A DNA stretch of 64,000 nt from Eledone cirrhosa (GCA_964016885.1 OZ024741.1:292640001-292704000), one strand, 5' to 3'; numbered from the stretch's first letter, positions 28,715-42,790 are shown. Notes: generated from the sequence alone by a model not told the origin. A program made the numbers and translations.

Positions 28715-28870
28715 ACTGGAGGGGTGATGTTTTCTTTATTGATCCCAAATGGAAGGATTGAAGGGTAAAGTAAGCCTCAGCAGAATTTGAACTCAGAATG
28801 CAAAGAACTAGAACATATACTGCAACTACACATTCTATCTGACACTAATGAATCAGCCAATTGACTGCCC
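28715..28870 (-). mobile_element. SINE family 1
   Basis: 'atttgaactcaga' B-box on minus strand, core similarity. Confidence 0.6.
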
Positions 28871-29249
28871 CATCACTAATACAGTCAGTTAATTTAATCA
28901 ACTATATACCATTCTTCTCTCAATTTGCGCCTGTGAGTGTATGTTTGGGTGTGCATATCTCTGTGTGTGCGAGTGTATTTGTGTAGCTGTGTGTATGTCT
29001 GTATGAATGTATGTATTCATGTGTCTGTATGTATGTATTTGTGTGTATGTATGTGCATATCTGTATGTGTGTGAGTGTATTTTTGTGTGTGTGTGTGTGT
29101 GGTCTTATACCAAAATAAGAAATCATCAATGTTTTTATTTTTATTCTATTTTTGTTTTTCATTTTTTTTTATTTTCATTTAGAAAGCAAACAAAAAACAA
29201 TAAAAACAAACCAATACATTGGTTGTAATTGATTTAACATAATTTTCTC

Positions 29250-29527
29250 ACTCTCTATCTCTTCTCTACCTCACCCTCTCTGTATCACACTCTCACTCAG
29301 TTCTCTCAATTTTCGTCTCTTACACACTCTTTTCCTCTCTCTCATTCTCTCTGAGCCTTACCCTCTCTCTTTCTCTCTGAAACTCACCCTCTCTCATTCT
29401 CGCTAAGCCTCATCATCTCTCTCTCTCCCTTCTCTCTCATCCTCTCTGATTCACCCTTTCTTTCTCTCATCTTCTCTGTGTCTCACCCTCTCTCACACTT
29501 CTCTCAATCCCCCTCCCTCTCTCACTC

Positions 29528-29596
<69 letters not shown>
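29250..29596. repeat. CT-rich tract ending in (CT)n
   Basis: Direct reading. Confidence 0.9.
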
Positions 29597-29599
<3 letters not shown>

Positions 29600-30482
29600 G
29601 GGTGGGAATGATACATTAGCTTAAAACTAATTCCAAAATAAATGATTTTTAAAACTACATTGGAGACTAAGAAACTACTAGAATTTCAAATAACCTCTTG
29701 TTTAATTTTATTTCTATTTGTTTCATTTTATTTTACTTTACTTTATTATATTTAATTCTCTTTATAACAATTTTTTGGTGTCTTTGTTCACTAAAATTGA
29801 AAAATACTAATGGTTAAGCAAGCGAAAATGGCTTTTCCTTTGTCTTCTGTGTTTGACAGGCACTGTATTATACATTTCTTTTATTATTTAAAACACAAAT
29901 TTAATAGAAACATTACAGAAAATAACCTTTTTATTTTTAATGCTGATATCATGAAAGATTTTTCAAGTCTAATGGATTATATACATATGATCATTGTAAA
30001 GACATGTAGCAGTAAACTATATCTCTCCATGATAGTTCCATGTTTACAACTTATGAAACTCTGCCAGTGAGACTTCAGTTTGTACAACTTGGTTACAATC
30101 TGAAGACACTGTCTAAATATGTTTATAAATGGGAGACATTAATAAAATAAATTTAGAATTAGCAATACTTGCGATGAAATTCCCTGATTGCAGTTTCATA
30201 GTGTAACACCAATATCAAACATCTTAATTAACTAAGTCATTTAATATTGTGAGAAGCTGCTAATCATCAGAGGACTTCTCATGAAATACGATAAATATTG
30301 TTTCATGTGGCCGACATATGTTTTTCATATGAAAGAAAATATGATGTGCAAGGTGGCCAGGATGAAAAAGCAGCAGGTGGATTGGTGATAAGTTAAGAAA
30401 CTCAACAATTAGCCTGTCAATTTAAGTCAACCAAACCACAAGGGTGTATAAAATAATTATCAGAGATATATATAAACAGAGG

Positions 30483-30514
<32 letters not shown>

Positions 30515-30515
<1 letters not shown>

Positions 30516-31565
30516 CGGCGATGAATTAGTTTTGCGAGGTTTTTGATATGAAATCGTGTGTTGAAACCGATATTGTTATACTTTGGGAGGGTCATGTTGC
30601 CAATAAGAAACGTATCGATGAACATTACAATCTGTTCATCGATACAACCCCTAGAGGTGAGTTAGCTTACAAATTTAGAAGGGCCCTAAATAAACATAAA
30701 CTCAATATTAAGATAGTAGAAAGACCAGGTACCTCCGTAAAAACACTTATTAGCAAGACATACCCTTTTCAAAGACCCTCATGTATAGATAAGAAATGTA
30801 TAACCTGTAAAATAAGCCCCCCATATTAACTGTAAAACTAGAAATGTAGTGTATAGCATAAGATGTACTGAAGGACAATGTAGAGACAAAAATATAGTGT
30901 ACATAGGTGAGACAGCTCGTAGTGTAGGGGAACGGATAAATGAACACTGGCGAGACCTTCAAGATAATAAAGAATCATCTGTACTCTACCAACATGCTAA
31001 AATAGAACACAAGGGTAAATTAGAGAACATAGAAATAAAAATAGAATCTACACACAGAAAAGACGCAATGTTTAGACAAATTACAGAGGCAATAAACATA
31101 AAAGAATTACAACCAAAATTAAATAGAAAATATGAGTGGAACAGCAACATCACAACTTACAATTAAGGACAAAATGAAAACACACACACACATAGAACAA
31201 ACAACCAACCAGTAACATGTAAATAAACAAATAAATAAATGAACATAAACACACACAGACACCCGGATGTGGCGCATGCGCAGACTGAGCACACAACACA
31301 CACACAGAAACAAAATGGCGTAGGACAGAACAAAGGAGAGGCACAGAAACAAAGAAAGGAATCCCCAGTCACTGAAGAGGTCATAGAGTGTGTGACGAAA
31401 GAACTATGACAATATATAAACAACTATCTGGTTGTGGAACCAACCAACCAACCAACCAGAAATTTATAAATTTATAAATTTATAAATATATAATAAATTG
31501 AAGTGAAAGCAACTGGTGCGTGTGTTTCTTATTGGCAACATGACCCTCCCAAAGTATAACAATAT
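30515..31565 (+). mobile_element. PLE family B: inverted terminal stub (30515-30611) plus 5'-truncated plus copy with GIY-YIG endonuclease
   Basis: KIVERPG...CIDKKCITC...(frameshift) VYSIRC...YIGETARSVGERINEH...RQITEAINI...LNRKYEW (Neptune-like Cys linker); (TA)n flanks. Confidence 0.9.
31368..31410 (+). ncRNA. Minimal hammerhead motif (family B)
   Basis: gtca-CTGAAGA-g-gtcata/tgtgac-GAAA-gaac-TA-tgac. Confidence 0.65.
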
Positions 31566-31599
31566 ATATATATATATATATATATGTGTGCCTCCATTA

Positions 31600-31677
<78 letters not shown>

Positions 31678-31711
31678 GAAATGAGATGATAGGGACAGGG
31701 GTCCCTATCAA

Positions 31712-31888
31712 TCCACTGCAAAGTGGTCGTGGAGGTGCCACGGCAAAAAAGCACCCAGCACTCACTGTAAATGAGGTTGGTGTTAGGAAGGGCATCCAGC
31801 TGTAGAAATCAAGCCAGAATCAGTTCCCGTCCCACCCTTGCAAGCAGGGAAAAAGCAGACATAAAATGATGATGATGATGATGATGAT
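31712..31888 (+). mobile_element. Short RTE 3'-UTR fragment with (GAT)n tail
   Basis: Matches 24715-24870. Confidence 0.75.
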
Positions 31889-31927
31889 ATGTGCCTCCAT
31901 TATATATATATATATATATGTGCCTCC

Positions 31928-31959
<32 letters not shown>

Positions 31960-32042
31960 CTTCCATTATATATATATATATATATATATGTGTGCCTCCA
32001 TTATATATATATGCCTCCATTATATATATATATATATATATA
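31888..32042. repeat. Minisatellite (gtgcctccat + (TA)n) x5, with a further unit at ~31588
   Basis: Direct reading. Confidence 0.85.
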
Positions 32043-32689
32043 ATGATGATATTTGTTTATAAAAAATATATATTGACTTGCTGACCAATAACAACTCAAT
32101 GAAAAGGTATTAACATTTCTGAAACAGAGTGAACTCACAAGATATTGTTATTGGTACAACTATTTAGATATCTTGTACAAACATTATATAAAACATATAA
32201 TCATTTAGAACAATGAAATATTACATGCTCAGACAGCTACTGGTCTGGTTCTGAAGAAATTTGATCATCATCATCGTGTCCAATTTTCTCAGATATTTTA
32301 ACTGTTTGCTTTTGTAATGACAATCGGTAGCAATTCCTAAATGTCATTGCAGAAACATTGTCAATGTAGTCAACTGTATCTGTCATCTTCTGCCATCGTT
32401 ATATGTGAATGTGCCAGAGAATCTATTTGTCAATAACTGCCACATTTACTTCTAGTATCTTGCTACCATCACTAGAATTTCTAGGTTTACTCCTATGAGA
32501 TACTCTCATCATGGTGTGGATGGTATATATGGGTATGTATGTATTTTATAGAAGCATGATAATTAGCACAATTAAATGGATAATTAGCATTCCAAGATAA
32601 GAATGTTAATCAGTGAGCCAATCTTAATCAATCCATAAATCAATTAATTAATTAACTAAATATGCAAGACGACTGTCCACGAATATGTG

Positions 32690-33110
32690 TGAAACAGAAC
32701 CCATCTCTTTGTTGCTACACTTAAGTCTGTGTTGCTTTATGGGTCTGAGACTTGGATACTGACCAAGTAACCATTCAGATAGAGGATGCATGCTACACAA
32801 GGATGCTGAAGATGGCTCTGAACATCAATCAATATGCACTGAGGATGAAGAACTCAGAGCTGTATGGGAACCTCCCATAAGTCAACTTGAAAGTGACACT
32901 GAGGAGAATGAGGTTAGCTGGACTTGCTCACAGACATTCAGAGTTGACACTGCCATCAGAAGTCTTGTGGGCGTTGCTACATGAACACACTAGAAGAGGG
33001 AGTCCGAGGATGACATATGTTGATACGCTAAGGACAGACACTGGTTTTGGGAGATGTGGGACATAGTGGCGATGATGGACAGAGACCGCTGGAGAGAACT
33101 CATCCGTGGA
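32690..33110 (+). mobile_element. Degenerate RTE-like LINE 3' fragment
   Basis: YGSETW, RMLKMALNI, RRMRLAG, RRGSPRMTYVDTLRTDTG across frameshifts. Confidence 0.7.
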
Positions 33111-34080
33111 TCTCCAGAATTTTACTCGCCCTAGATATATGTATATACAGTATATTTGGACAAATGCATATATCAAATTTAATAATAACTTTTTTAAGTT
33201 TAATTATAAGGCCTTTAGATGCTTTAGGGCATTCTAATTGTTAATTTAAAATTTTTAAAGTTATAACTGTAATTATTTTCTAAATTATATAGTGAGAATT
33301 ATTTTAGTATGGGAAAATAATATAAGATAATTGTTTCTATTTTAGACACAAGGCCAGCAATTACCCAGTGCATTACTGGTACTTTATTCTATTGACCCCG
33401 TAAACAGATGAGGAAAAAATATAGTTACTAGAAGTATAGAAAGCAAAAGAGAATTGATCAAGGATAGAGAGACAAAAGGGGAATAATTTTTATAGTATAA
33501 AGCATAGATAAATATACATTTAGTCATAGCTTTGTGAAAGAGTAAACTCGAATCTTTGAATTATCTAGAAGTATCCATCTAAATATTAAATAATAAGAAA
33601 CATACTATTAATAAGAAATATACTAACAATTATTTATACACCATATATATCCAAACTTATTTGGCTGACCGTTAAATTTCAAATTCCTTATTATACCTAA
33701 AGGTATAATATTTCAGGCTATAAAAGTTTATAAATGTCTATATTAATATTAAAGTATACTAACATATTTAATTTATAAAATCATATTTAAAGTATTTTCA
33801 AACATGAGAAAGAAACTTAGTATTTTCATCCACACGAAGGTAAACCATATTAAACTTTCTTCTTTCTTTCTTCTTTCTTCAATAATTTAAATTATTTGAA
33901 TCTCTAACAGTTATGTAAATCGCTATTATGTATTTTTAAGCTTTCTCACATTCACCCTCTGTATTATATGTAAGTTTTTTCATGTCTCAATCTTAAGGTA
34001 TATAAATATTGATTCTTGTCATATCATATTCACTACCATGACTGAATCTTAACCATCTCAGGGTATGTCATGCATCATCT

Positions 34081-34147
34081 TATTTTGTCTGATGAGGACG
34101 TACTGTTGAAGATAGCTCAGTACCTCTGAAATATGTATAATAAAATA
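34081..34147 (+). ncRNA. Hammerhead motif (family A relative, different stem II)
   Basis: tattttgt-CTGATGA-ggacgtactg/cagtacctct-GAAA-tatgta-TA-ataaaata. Confidence 0.7.
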
Positions 34148-34280
34148 TACTTGATCACATGAATGTCTATTTTTGTTAATATTTTGAATTAATATATACA
34201 GTATATATATATATATGTGTGTGTATATATATATGTATATATGTATATATATATATGTATATATATGTATATATATATAT

Positions 34281-34835
34281 TTCGTTTCTGAATTTGTTTA
34301 GCAAGATTCTTTATCTGAAAATGTGTGTTGAAACCGATATTGTTATGCTTTGGGAAGGTCATGTTGCCAATAAGAAACACACGCACCAGTGCTTTCACTT
34401 CAATTTATTATAAATTAAATTTATAAATTTTATAATTTATAAATTTCCGGTTGGTTGGTTGGTTCCACAACCAGACGATTATTCATATATTGTCAAAGTT
34501 CTTTCATCACACATTCTGTGAACTCTTCAGTGACTGGGATTCTTTTCTTTGTTTTTGTGCCTCTCCTTTGTTCTGTCCTACGCCATCTTGTTTTTGTGTG
34601 TTGTGTGCTTAGTTTGCGCATGTGTTACATCCAAGTGTCTGTATGTGTTTATATTTGTTTATTTATTTGTTTATTTACATGTTACTGGTTGGTTGTTTGT
34701 TCTATGTGTGTGTGTGTTTTCATTTTCTCCTTAATTGTAAGTTGTGATGTTGCTGTTCCATTCATGTTTTCTATTTAATTTTGGTTGGAGTTCATTTATG
34801 TTTATTGCCTCTGTAATTTAGACAAATCACAGAGA
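34281..34835 (-). mobile_element. Older PLE family B 3' end with degenerate HHR (34492-34534)
   Basis: Homologous to 22311-22810; keeps the terminal tail next to (TA)n; ends in a small hairpin ctctgt...acagag. Confidence 0.8.
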
Positions 34836-35044
34836 AATAGTTTTCTTTGTAAGGGATAAATAACTTTAATAAAATATATATCCTCTGCTAATATGTATTG
34901 AGAAATCATTTAAAGCTAAAATCTTTTATTCTGTTAATAAACTAAGAAAAATATATGTACACACACACACAGTCACACACACAATTATGAAATATTTAAA
35001 TATGGTACATTTATATTCCCAAAATAGCAAATATTTTCTCTAAT

Positions 35045-35580
35045 CACCATTATCATCATTGTTTAATGTCAATTTTCCACATTTAGGGATCACATCATGC
35101 TCATATGGATTTATAATTTGATTTGGTTTCTACAGCTGGATGCCCTTTCTAATGCAAACCCCATTACAGTGTTGAGTGGGTGTTTTTTATTCAGGTACTG
35201 AAATGATCACCTTACTGTGTAGACTTGGTACTTTGTGTCATGTTACCAGTAAAACCACTTCACTGTGTGCACATGAGCATGACCACCTTACAGTGTGGAC
35301 TAGGTGCTTTTTGTTGTGTCACCAGCTCAAGCAACTTACTGTGTGGACTGGGTATTTTTTGTCATGTCACCAGCATAACCACTTGAAGTGGTGAATCGGC
35401 ACATTGTGACATGTCACCAGCACAACCACCTTATAATGTGGACCGGGTGCTTTTTTTGTGTCTCCAACATGACCACATTACAGTGCTTTTTCTTTACAAG
35501 ACAGATTGGGTGCTTTTTCTCGTGTGACCATCACAATCCCTTAACAAGATGGTCTGGGTGCTTTTGTTGTTGTAGCACCA
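35045..35580 (-). mobile_element. Old RTE-associated 3' UTR-like repeat with ~40-45 bp internal subrepeats
   Basis: 'tttctacagctggatgcc' shared with the RTE 3' UTR; recurring 'cagtgtggactgggtgcttttt...tcaccagca'. Confidence 0.6.
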
Positions 35581-35844
35581 GATCAGCATTCAGGATAGAA
35601 TTTGTACTTTTTATCATGGCACAGAATTGTGGGAGATCAATATTTTTTTTTATTTTTTTTAGCTTTTTTAAATAGTTAGAACCCCCAGATTCCCTAGTAA
35701 TTGCCATGGCTGGCTGCTTTTTTAATTTCCTCTGTCTAAGCTTTTACAAGGCTGATACAAATATGTCTTAGTTATAGAAGTTGAATCATTGATATTACTC
35801 AACTAAATTTGCTTAATTACAGGAGAAAATCTTTATATTATTAC

Positions 35845-36093
35845 CTGCGTGTCATAAACACCCGCAATGCAATAAGATTTTGCTACGAGATACTAACAAT
35901 GCTATATAAAATGATTATTATCCAATGATTTTCTTCATTAATATTCTAAGCACGTGCTAGTCAGGAAATGTTTGCTAAAAATTGTTATGAGGCCGATAGC
36001 TTCAACTTTATTCCGACGATTATATTTGCTTAAAGACAAATTCATGTCTGGTTCTATCAGTCTTGTGGAATGAATAATATCCAGAATTATTGG
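35845..36093 (-). other. Candidate non-coding or 5'UTR exon
   Basis: Strong acceptor ttgttctttttcctttatatctttAG and donor CAG/GTAATA around non-repetitive sequence; no open frame across it. Confidence 0.3.
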
Positions 36094-38534
36094 CTAAAGA
36101 TATAAAGGAAAAAGAACAACATGAAACAAATAAGATAAACATGGGGATACACAAATTAAAAATATATATGTATAGAATAAAGTAAAAAGATAACAGACAA
36201 AACATTTTATAGAGTTTCATCTTCTTAAGGTTATTTTTCTTTGTTGATAACATAATAAATAACTGTAAAATACAACACACTGTGTGAAATAAATCTTTTT
36301 ACACAGAAGCTGCATACCAATGTGTTAATATTTTACTAGAAAAGTGTCTTTTAGAGTATTTTTTTTTTTTCATTTTGGAATCTGGAGGTGAGAGTGGTAG
36401 ATAAAAAATAAAAATGCCTGACTACAGGTAGCAAAGTCAGGTGTGAGAAGCATTATAATAAGGTAAATATGAATATTAGTTTATAAGATTAATGGAATAT
36501 GTTTTAAGTGACTATAACGACTAAAAGGTGTAGAAATATATGAAATATATGCAAATAGAACTCTAGTTATATATTACTGGAAGCATTTTGTAATTTCAGC
36601 AAACAAAGATATGAAAACATTTGAAAATGATCGAATATTTTTTGCATTTGTTGACCATGGGTCACTGCTCAAACTGGCATGTAATGTCCCTTCTTTTATT
36701 TTATTTTATTGCTTGATCCTTGATCTTCTTTTCATTTCCCTTTTTTCCCTTCCTTTTTTTTGTTTCCTTTAATATTGTGTTTTCTTTTTATTAGATAGTA
36801 CTCAATTGTTTTTCATGACATTGTGAGATATTGTATATTGAATATGTTTGTTTTTCATTATAAACAATATATATAACTAAAGCAGGAGAAAGTAAAATAA
36901 AGACTAGTAGTCATATTGAAAGATATTTTACCATTCTAACTGTCGTCTGTATGCTATTTATCATGCACCAATATAACACACCCCAGATTATCTTACATCC
37001 AGGAGACCTACAATATCATTCCAGCATTGACCATCCTGTCATATTTGAGGCATTTAGGATTACGTTGTCTGTCTCCTTCCCATTTTTACATTGGTGGGGT
37101 GTGATTTGTCTGCTACGTTTAGCAAACTGAATGACCGTGTAGAGGCTCCTTTGTATACTTATACATAAGATTTGAATATGTATTGATTTTACTATGTATT
37201 TTTCAGTTGTACTAATGAGAAAATTGGCTACTATTTCTAGCAGGGTGAGTTTACTATGTCATAGTTTTGTTAAAGTATAATTGTCAGAGAAGGTAATAAA
37301 ACACTATTACTGGGGGAAATAAATACAGTAATATTCTTCTTCTTGAGTCATCCCTCCATTGAAGGTGAAGCATTTGATTTATCTAATGGCTAGAATATAT
37401 GCAGCTCACCACACCTGCATACAGCATTGTATATAATTTGAATCTTGTGTTTTCATCTTTATTGAGACTGGCAAAAATATGAATTTAGTTGTTAGAGTCA
37501 TCAAACTGGTAGTTGTCTCATGCAGGCAAGGAAACATCTGGTTTGATGACCCCCTTTTAATAACAGTTAAATGTATAGTTTGTTATATGTATATATGGAT
37601 ATGCAACTCCTGATGGAGTTATAGGGGCGCCATATTGAGTTATAGGTGCGCATTTTTTAAAACTTGACAGAGCCCATCTCCTTGCCAGCTCTGTATACAG
37701 CAGATATCTTTCAGAGAAGGATAGACACTGAGAGAATGGAAGTGAGAAAGAGATATAGTGAAAGAATCAATCCCAGTACTAGACTGGTACTTTTTTATCA
37801 ACCTCGAATGGATGAAAGGAAAAGTTGACCTGAGTTGGATTTGAATTCAGAGAGCAGAGAGCTGAAACAAATGCCACAAAAGATTCTATCTGACATTCTA
37901 CTGACTCAGCCAATTTCCTATTATTGTTAAGCCATCAGCTTGATAAGTCTCATGAAATACAAAAGTGCTAGATTCAAATTATAAACAATGTTTTGTTATA
38001 TTTTTTTTGCCCAAGTGAGAGTATCTTATCTGACAATTATACTTTATATATATATATATATATATATATACTGATAAATTATAAAGTGACATTATATACA
38101 AAATCTCCATGGTGATTATCTGTTGAAATTATTATTTACCGTTTTCACCCCTGCCTAGAGTACTGCTTGTCCAGTCAGAGTTACAGTATTTTCCAAGACA
38201 AAAACAAAGCAAAACTTGTATGAAATTACATGGGGACAACACATGTATATGATTAAATGTTTGACATTTAAGTTGATCAGTGTGCAATGAAAATGGTCAG
38301 TTAGACTGATGGAGATAAGAATAACGACAGAATAGGTGATGTGGTGAGAGAAAAAGGTTGGCTAATAGTGATAGGTATGTCTGAATGTTGTGGTGGCATT
38401 GAGACTTGAGACAAAAGAACAAGGCAATAGTCACATGACAGAAACGGAGAGATGAAAGTTGTGAGCAACTCAACAAAGGAGGAAGAGGGGAATCACATGC
38501 ATCACAGATAATGTTGCAAAATTTGCAATGTATG

Positions 38535-38603
<69 letters not shown>

Positions 38604-38609
<6 letters not shown>

Positions 38610-38988
38610 GAAAACGAAAAATCAGTGATGCATCGGAACTCAATTTATTGTGTGTTACAATTGTTTCGCCAGCGGACAGCTCGAGACGTGATCATTGTGT
38701 GGATCTGTTTGATTCTGGTCCCGCAGGTTCATGTGAGCATATTCTCTCTCAAGTGAGAGAATATGCTCCGAAATCATTAGACGTGTCCGTCGAACCTGCG
38801 GGTCCAGTATCAGACAATGATCCCGTCTCGAGCTGTCTGCTGGCGAAACAATTGTAACACACAATAATTTGAGTTCAGATGCATCACTGATTTTTCGTTT
38901 TCTATTCTATCATACTCTGCTCTGTAAGAGCATAGAGTGCTCAACCGGCATACCACTTATGGAAGCATCTTAGCTACCATCAGACACA
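38604..38988. mobile_element. Fold-back element (family D) carrying the 3' half of an HHR
   Basis: Arms ~38604-38730 / 38792-38909, central hairpin gagcatattctctc/gagagaatatgctc, GAAAcaattgTA at ~38845, tail 38910-38988. Confidence 0.75.
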
Positions 38989-39513
38989 TATATATACATT
39001 GACTGAATACACACATGTTTTTTGTCAAAAATGTTTTTGCCACTCCTTCCTCTTCTCACTTTCTATCTTTCTATTTCATCATTTATTTCTTATTCTATCT
39101 TCTGATGAAGGACTAGTGACTGATACATAAAGACACTTTTCCTTCTATATCAAGTGTTAAACTAATATATTTCTTCATTGTACTGTGGTATTTGCTTTGT
39201 TGTTCCTATCTATTTTCTGCACACACAAACACACACTCACAAACTCATATATATAAGCTCAAACATATGATATCCTAGCAATTTTGAAATTCATTGGGCT
39301 AAATATTAGAAATTCTAAAAATCTAGAAAGATTGTATTAGACTATACTAATAAAACTGAAAAACATATAGAGTTCAAACAAATTTTTACAGAAAATGTTT
39401 CCTCTTTTATTTTTGCTAGGTACTTACTATGCTGCAGTCATAATTCAATGTGTGTGTGTGTATATATATATCATTAGGAAAATTATTTAAAAATGGGTTT
39501 GTAAAGTGCACCT

Positions 39514-39559
<46 letters not shown>

Positions 39560-39565
39560 ATATAG

Positions 39566-39785
39566 TATTTATTAAAATAACAGATTAAGTTTAAGCAAAG
39601 AATCGCTGCTTTCACCCTGCTTTCACTTCAGAAGATCCCGTTAAGGGTGAAAGCAGCGATTCTTTGCTTAAACTTTAATCTGTTATTTTAATAAATATTT
39701 GCTCTAGGGTTCTTATAAATTTGATATATATTTATCCTTATCAGGCCCTCTTTGGATTTTAGTCTTCAAATTTATTATTATTACT
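39566..39785. mobile_element. Fold-back element (family E) in (TA)n
   Basis: Arms ~39566-39618 / 39643-39698, tail to ~39785. Confidence 0.7.
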
Positions 39786-40424
39786 ATATATATAGTATAT
39801 ATATAGTTATAGTATAATATTAATAGAATATCTTACCTTATAATAAAAAATTATAATAATCTAGAATGAGCTAAATTAAATTAAATTAATTTAAGCATAT
39901 AAATTTGTAATTACCTTAAATATTTGATTGCTATAGAATCTGGATACAATATAAACTCATAATTAACTAAAATGTAATCCAATACAAGCAATATTCACTG
40001 ATAAATGTGAAAAAAATGTTAATTTCTAATTTTGTCTAGCATTTGAATACAACGGTTTTTTATTCTCCCCTCTATTTTATCCTTTCCTTTACCTCTTCTT
40101 CGTTTTTCTTCTTTCTTTTTTCTCCACACATCTTCCCTTTCTTTTGTTTTTATTCCCCTTTTTTCTCTCTTACATCTTTTTTTCTTTTATTCATTTATTT
40201 ATTTATTTATTCATTTATTTGTTTATTTCTTGCCTTTTTCTTTTTCTTTGCATCTTCCATCTCAATTCCCCTTCTATACTTCTACCTTGCACTACGTCCT
40301 CTTCTTCTCTAAGTTTATCATATTATTTGTGGTATAAAAACGTTGAGAGTTGGTCAAATAAACCACTACCACTATTGGAATTGAATAATCAAAACCGTAG
40401 CGGTATGTCGCATATAAAATCCTA

Positions 40425-40487
40425 TATTTTGTCTGATGAAATTGTACTTAAACACCATTGTACCTTTGAAATATGTATAATAAATTA
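40425..40487 (+). ncRNA. Degenerate hammerhead motif (old family A relative)
   Basis: tattttgt-CTGATGA-weak stem (gtac/gtac)-GAAA-tatgta-TA-ataaatta. Confidence 0.5.
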
Positions 40488-40628
40488 TATATTTTGATTA
40501 TGAGAATATTTTTCATTTATTAATATTTTGAATAATATTAAATACTCCAGGAAAATTACTGTTGAGTGCTTCTAATCTATTGTAAAATTGTATTTGTTGA
40601 ATAATCAACAAACCATATTAATCTTTGG

Positions 40629-40676
<48 letters not shown>

Positions 40677-40680
<4 letters not shown>

Positions 40681-40972
40681 GATATTAATAAATGGAAACT
40701 ATATTTATAAAACCATATTTATTTCATTATACATATTTCAGGGATACCAAATTAAATTATGGTATGCCTTCATGAAGGCATTGTCTGATGAAGGCATACC
40801 ATAATTTAATTTGGTATCCCTGAAATATGTATAATGAAATAAATATGATTTTATAAATATAGTTTCCATTTATTAATATCGTATATCTACTCCAAATACT
40901 TGTCGAGTGCTTTATATCAGTTATAAAAATATTTACTTGTTGTATCCCAACAATTTTAAATAGAACTTTTGC
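40677..40972. mobile_element. Fold-back element family A; HHR core 40781-40841 (+)
   Basis: Arms 40677-40773 / 40788-40884, tail to 40972; CTGATGA-aggcatacca/tggtatccct-GAAA-tatgta-TA. Confidence 0.85.
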
Positions 40973-41214
40973 ATATATATATATATATATATATAGGATC
41001 TTTATAACATGTATAACATATTGATGTTAGCAAAGCTTGCTTTTTCCATTTGGGATTTTCAAAACACTTATTATTAGGTTAAATTGTTTTTTCGTTAAAA
41101 CTCCTACATGCTGATTTTCAGCCATATTGGTTTGGGTCGCTTCTGTCCTTGCTAAAGTAAGGGATACATCAGATTTTTTTCGTTGTCACTTGGGTATAAT
41201 ATATATATATATAC

Positions 41215-41259
<45 letters not shown>

Positions 41260-42489
41260 TTTTATGTTAGGATACACACTCTGGTCATTGTCTTCACGAC
41301 AGATGTACTGACCGTCTCCACACATTTTTGAACACACTCCACTTGATGTTACAAAAAATACTGTGATTCCTTCATTCTGCAAGAATCATTTTGATCAGTT
41401 CATCTATTTTACTCTTATGTGTAGCAGAATGTATTTCGTTTTTAGCTAGTTCATAGCAAAAATAATTAAACTTCAATTGTAGAATTTTATTTAATCTATT
41501 TACTTCATAGTAATGAAGATAATATCTTAGTTGCATCTCATTAGTGTCATGTCAAATATTAGATTAATTATGAGAATCGAGATTGTGTTTTTTCATTGTT
41601 TTTCTGTCTGCCAAGAATTACATTAAAAACAAAAAAACATATATTTACAGATATCAAGTGAATTTATTTACACAATTACAGAGTTTTGGTTGAATCTTGT
41701 AATGTTTCTGTAGAGATATATATATATATTTATCATATATCTCAGTTGCTTAGTTTACTCTCTATCCAATTTAACTGTTTTAATGCCAACCATGCCAAAA
41801 CTGGCTCTGGCTGAAAGAAAACCATCCACTTTGAAGGGTTCTTATTTAAATTAATACCTTTCATCAAAACTGTTAAGTTATTGTTTTACTAATGAAATAA
41901 TTAATAATTTTAGTAAATCCCTAGACATTTTTCATTAATTAATTGAAATAGAGCATATTTCATTTGAATTACAGTCACAAAAGTGTCCATATGGAATAGG
42001 TTTTCAAAGCAAAATGCTGTGAAAGAAGAAAGGATTAGACTCAATCCCTGCAGCATATCATCATCATTGGTCAACTTCTGTAGCAGATGGCCACAATCTT
42101 CCTCCATCCATTGTAACTTTCACATTGAGTTCCAGGTGTTTAGTCCTCCTGGCTTAGATTGCAGAGTGCTGGAACAGATACCACAAGGCAGGCATACTCA
42201 GAGCACAAAGGACCATAAGAGATTCCATGAGGAATCATGAATGATTCTGTAATAATTCTGATAATCTACTACCCTGGAGTGGTACTTAATATTGCATGCA
42301 TGAACTTGTAACTCCTGAGGAAGTTATTGGGGCACTGTATTGACATACAGCATTTCTTGGGCATTATTATTTTAAAACTTAGTGGATACTGTCCCTCTCC
42401 AGATCTGAATACAGCAGATTTCTTTCAGAGAAGGATAGAGCATGAGATATAGAGGAAGAGATATAGGGTGAGGAAGACATATAGAGGAA

Positions 42490-42790
42490 GAATTGACCCC
42501 AGTATTTGATCCTAGTAATTACATTTTTATCGACCCAGAATGGATGAAAGGCAAAACTGATCTTAGAAGGATTTGACATCGGGGAGCAGAGAGCTGAAAG
42601 GAATACCACAAAGCATTCTATCCAACATTCTAACGACTTTGCCATTTTGCAGTCTGGTACCAAATTTTATCAACCCTAAAAGGATGAAAGGCAAAGATGA
42701 CTTCAGCAAGAGTTGATCCAAGAGAACTAGAACACACTGTACAAGATATTCTATGTGATGCACTACTGATTCAGTGCATATTGACAATTT
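42490..42790 (-). mobile_element. Two tandem SINE family 1 copies
   Basis: 'ggatgaaaggcaaa' core at ~42542 and ~42681; similar copies at ~37770-37915 and 54425-54580. Confidence 0.65.

Noticed and set aside
39095-39170. CTGATGAagga motif
   Set aside because: No correctly placed GAAA or closing stems
41270-41382. Cys-containing minus ORF after a ttgcag acceptor
   Set aside because: No convincing donor or recognisable domain, and it runs into a TA tract
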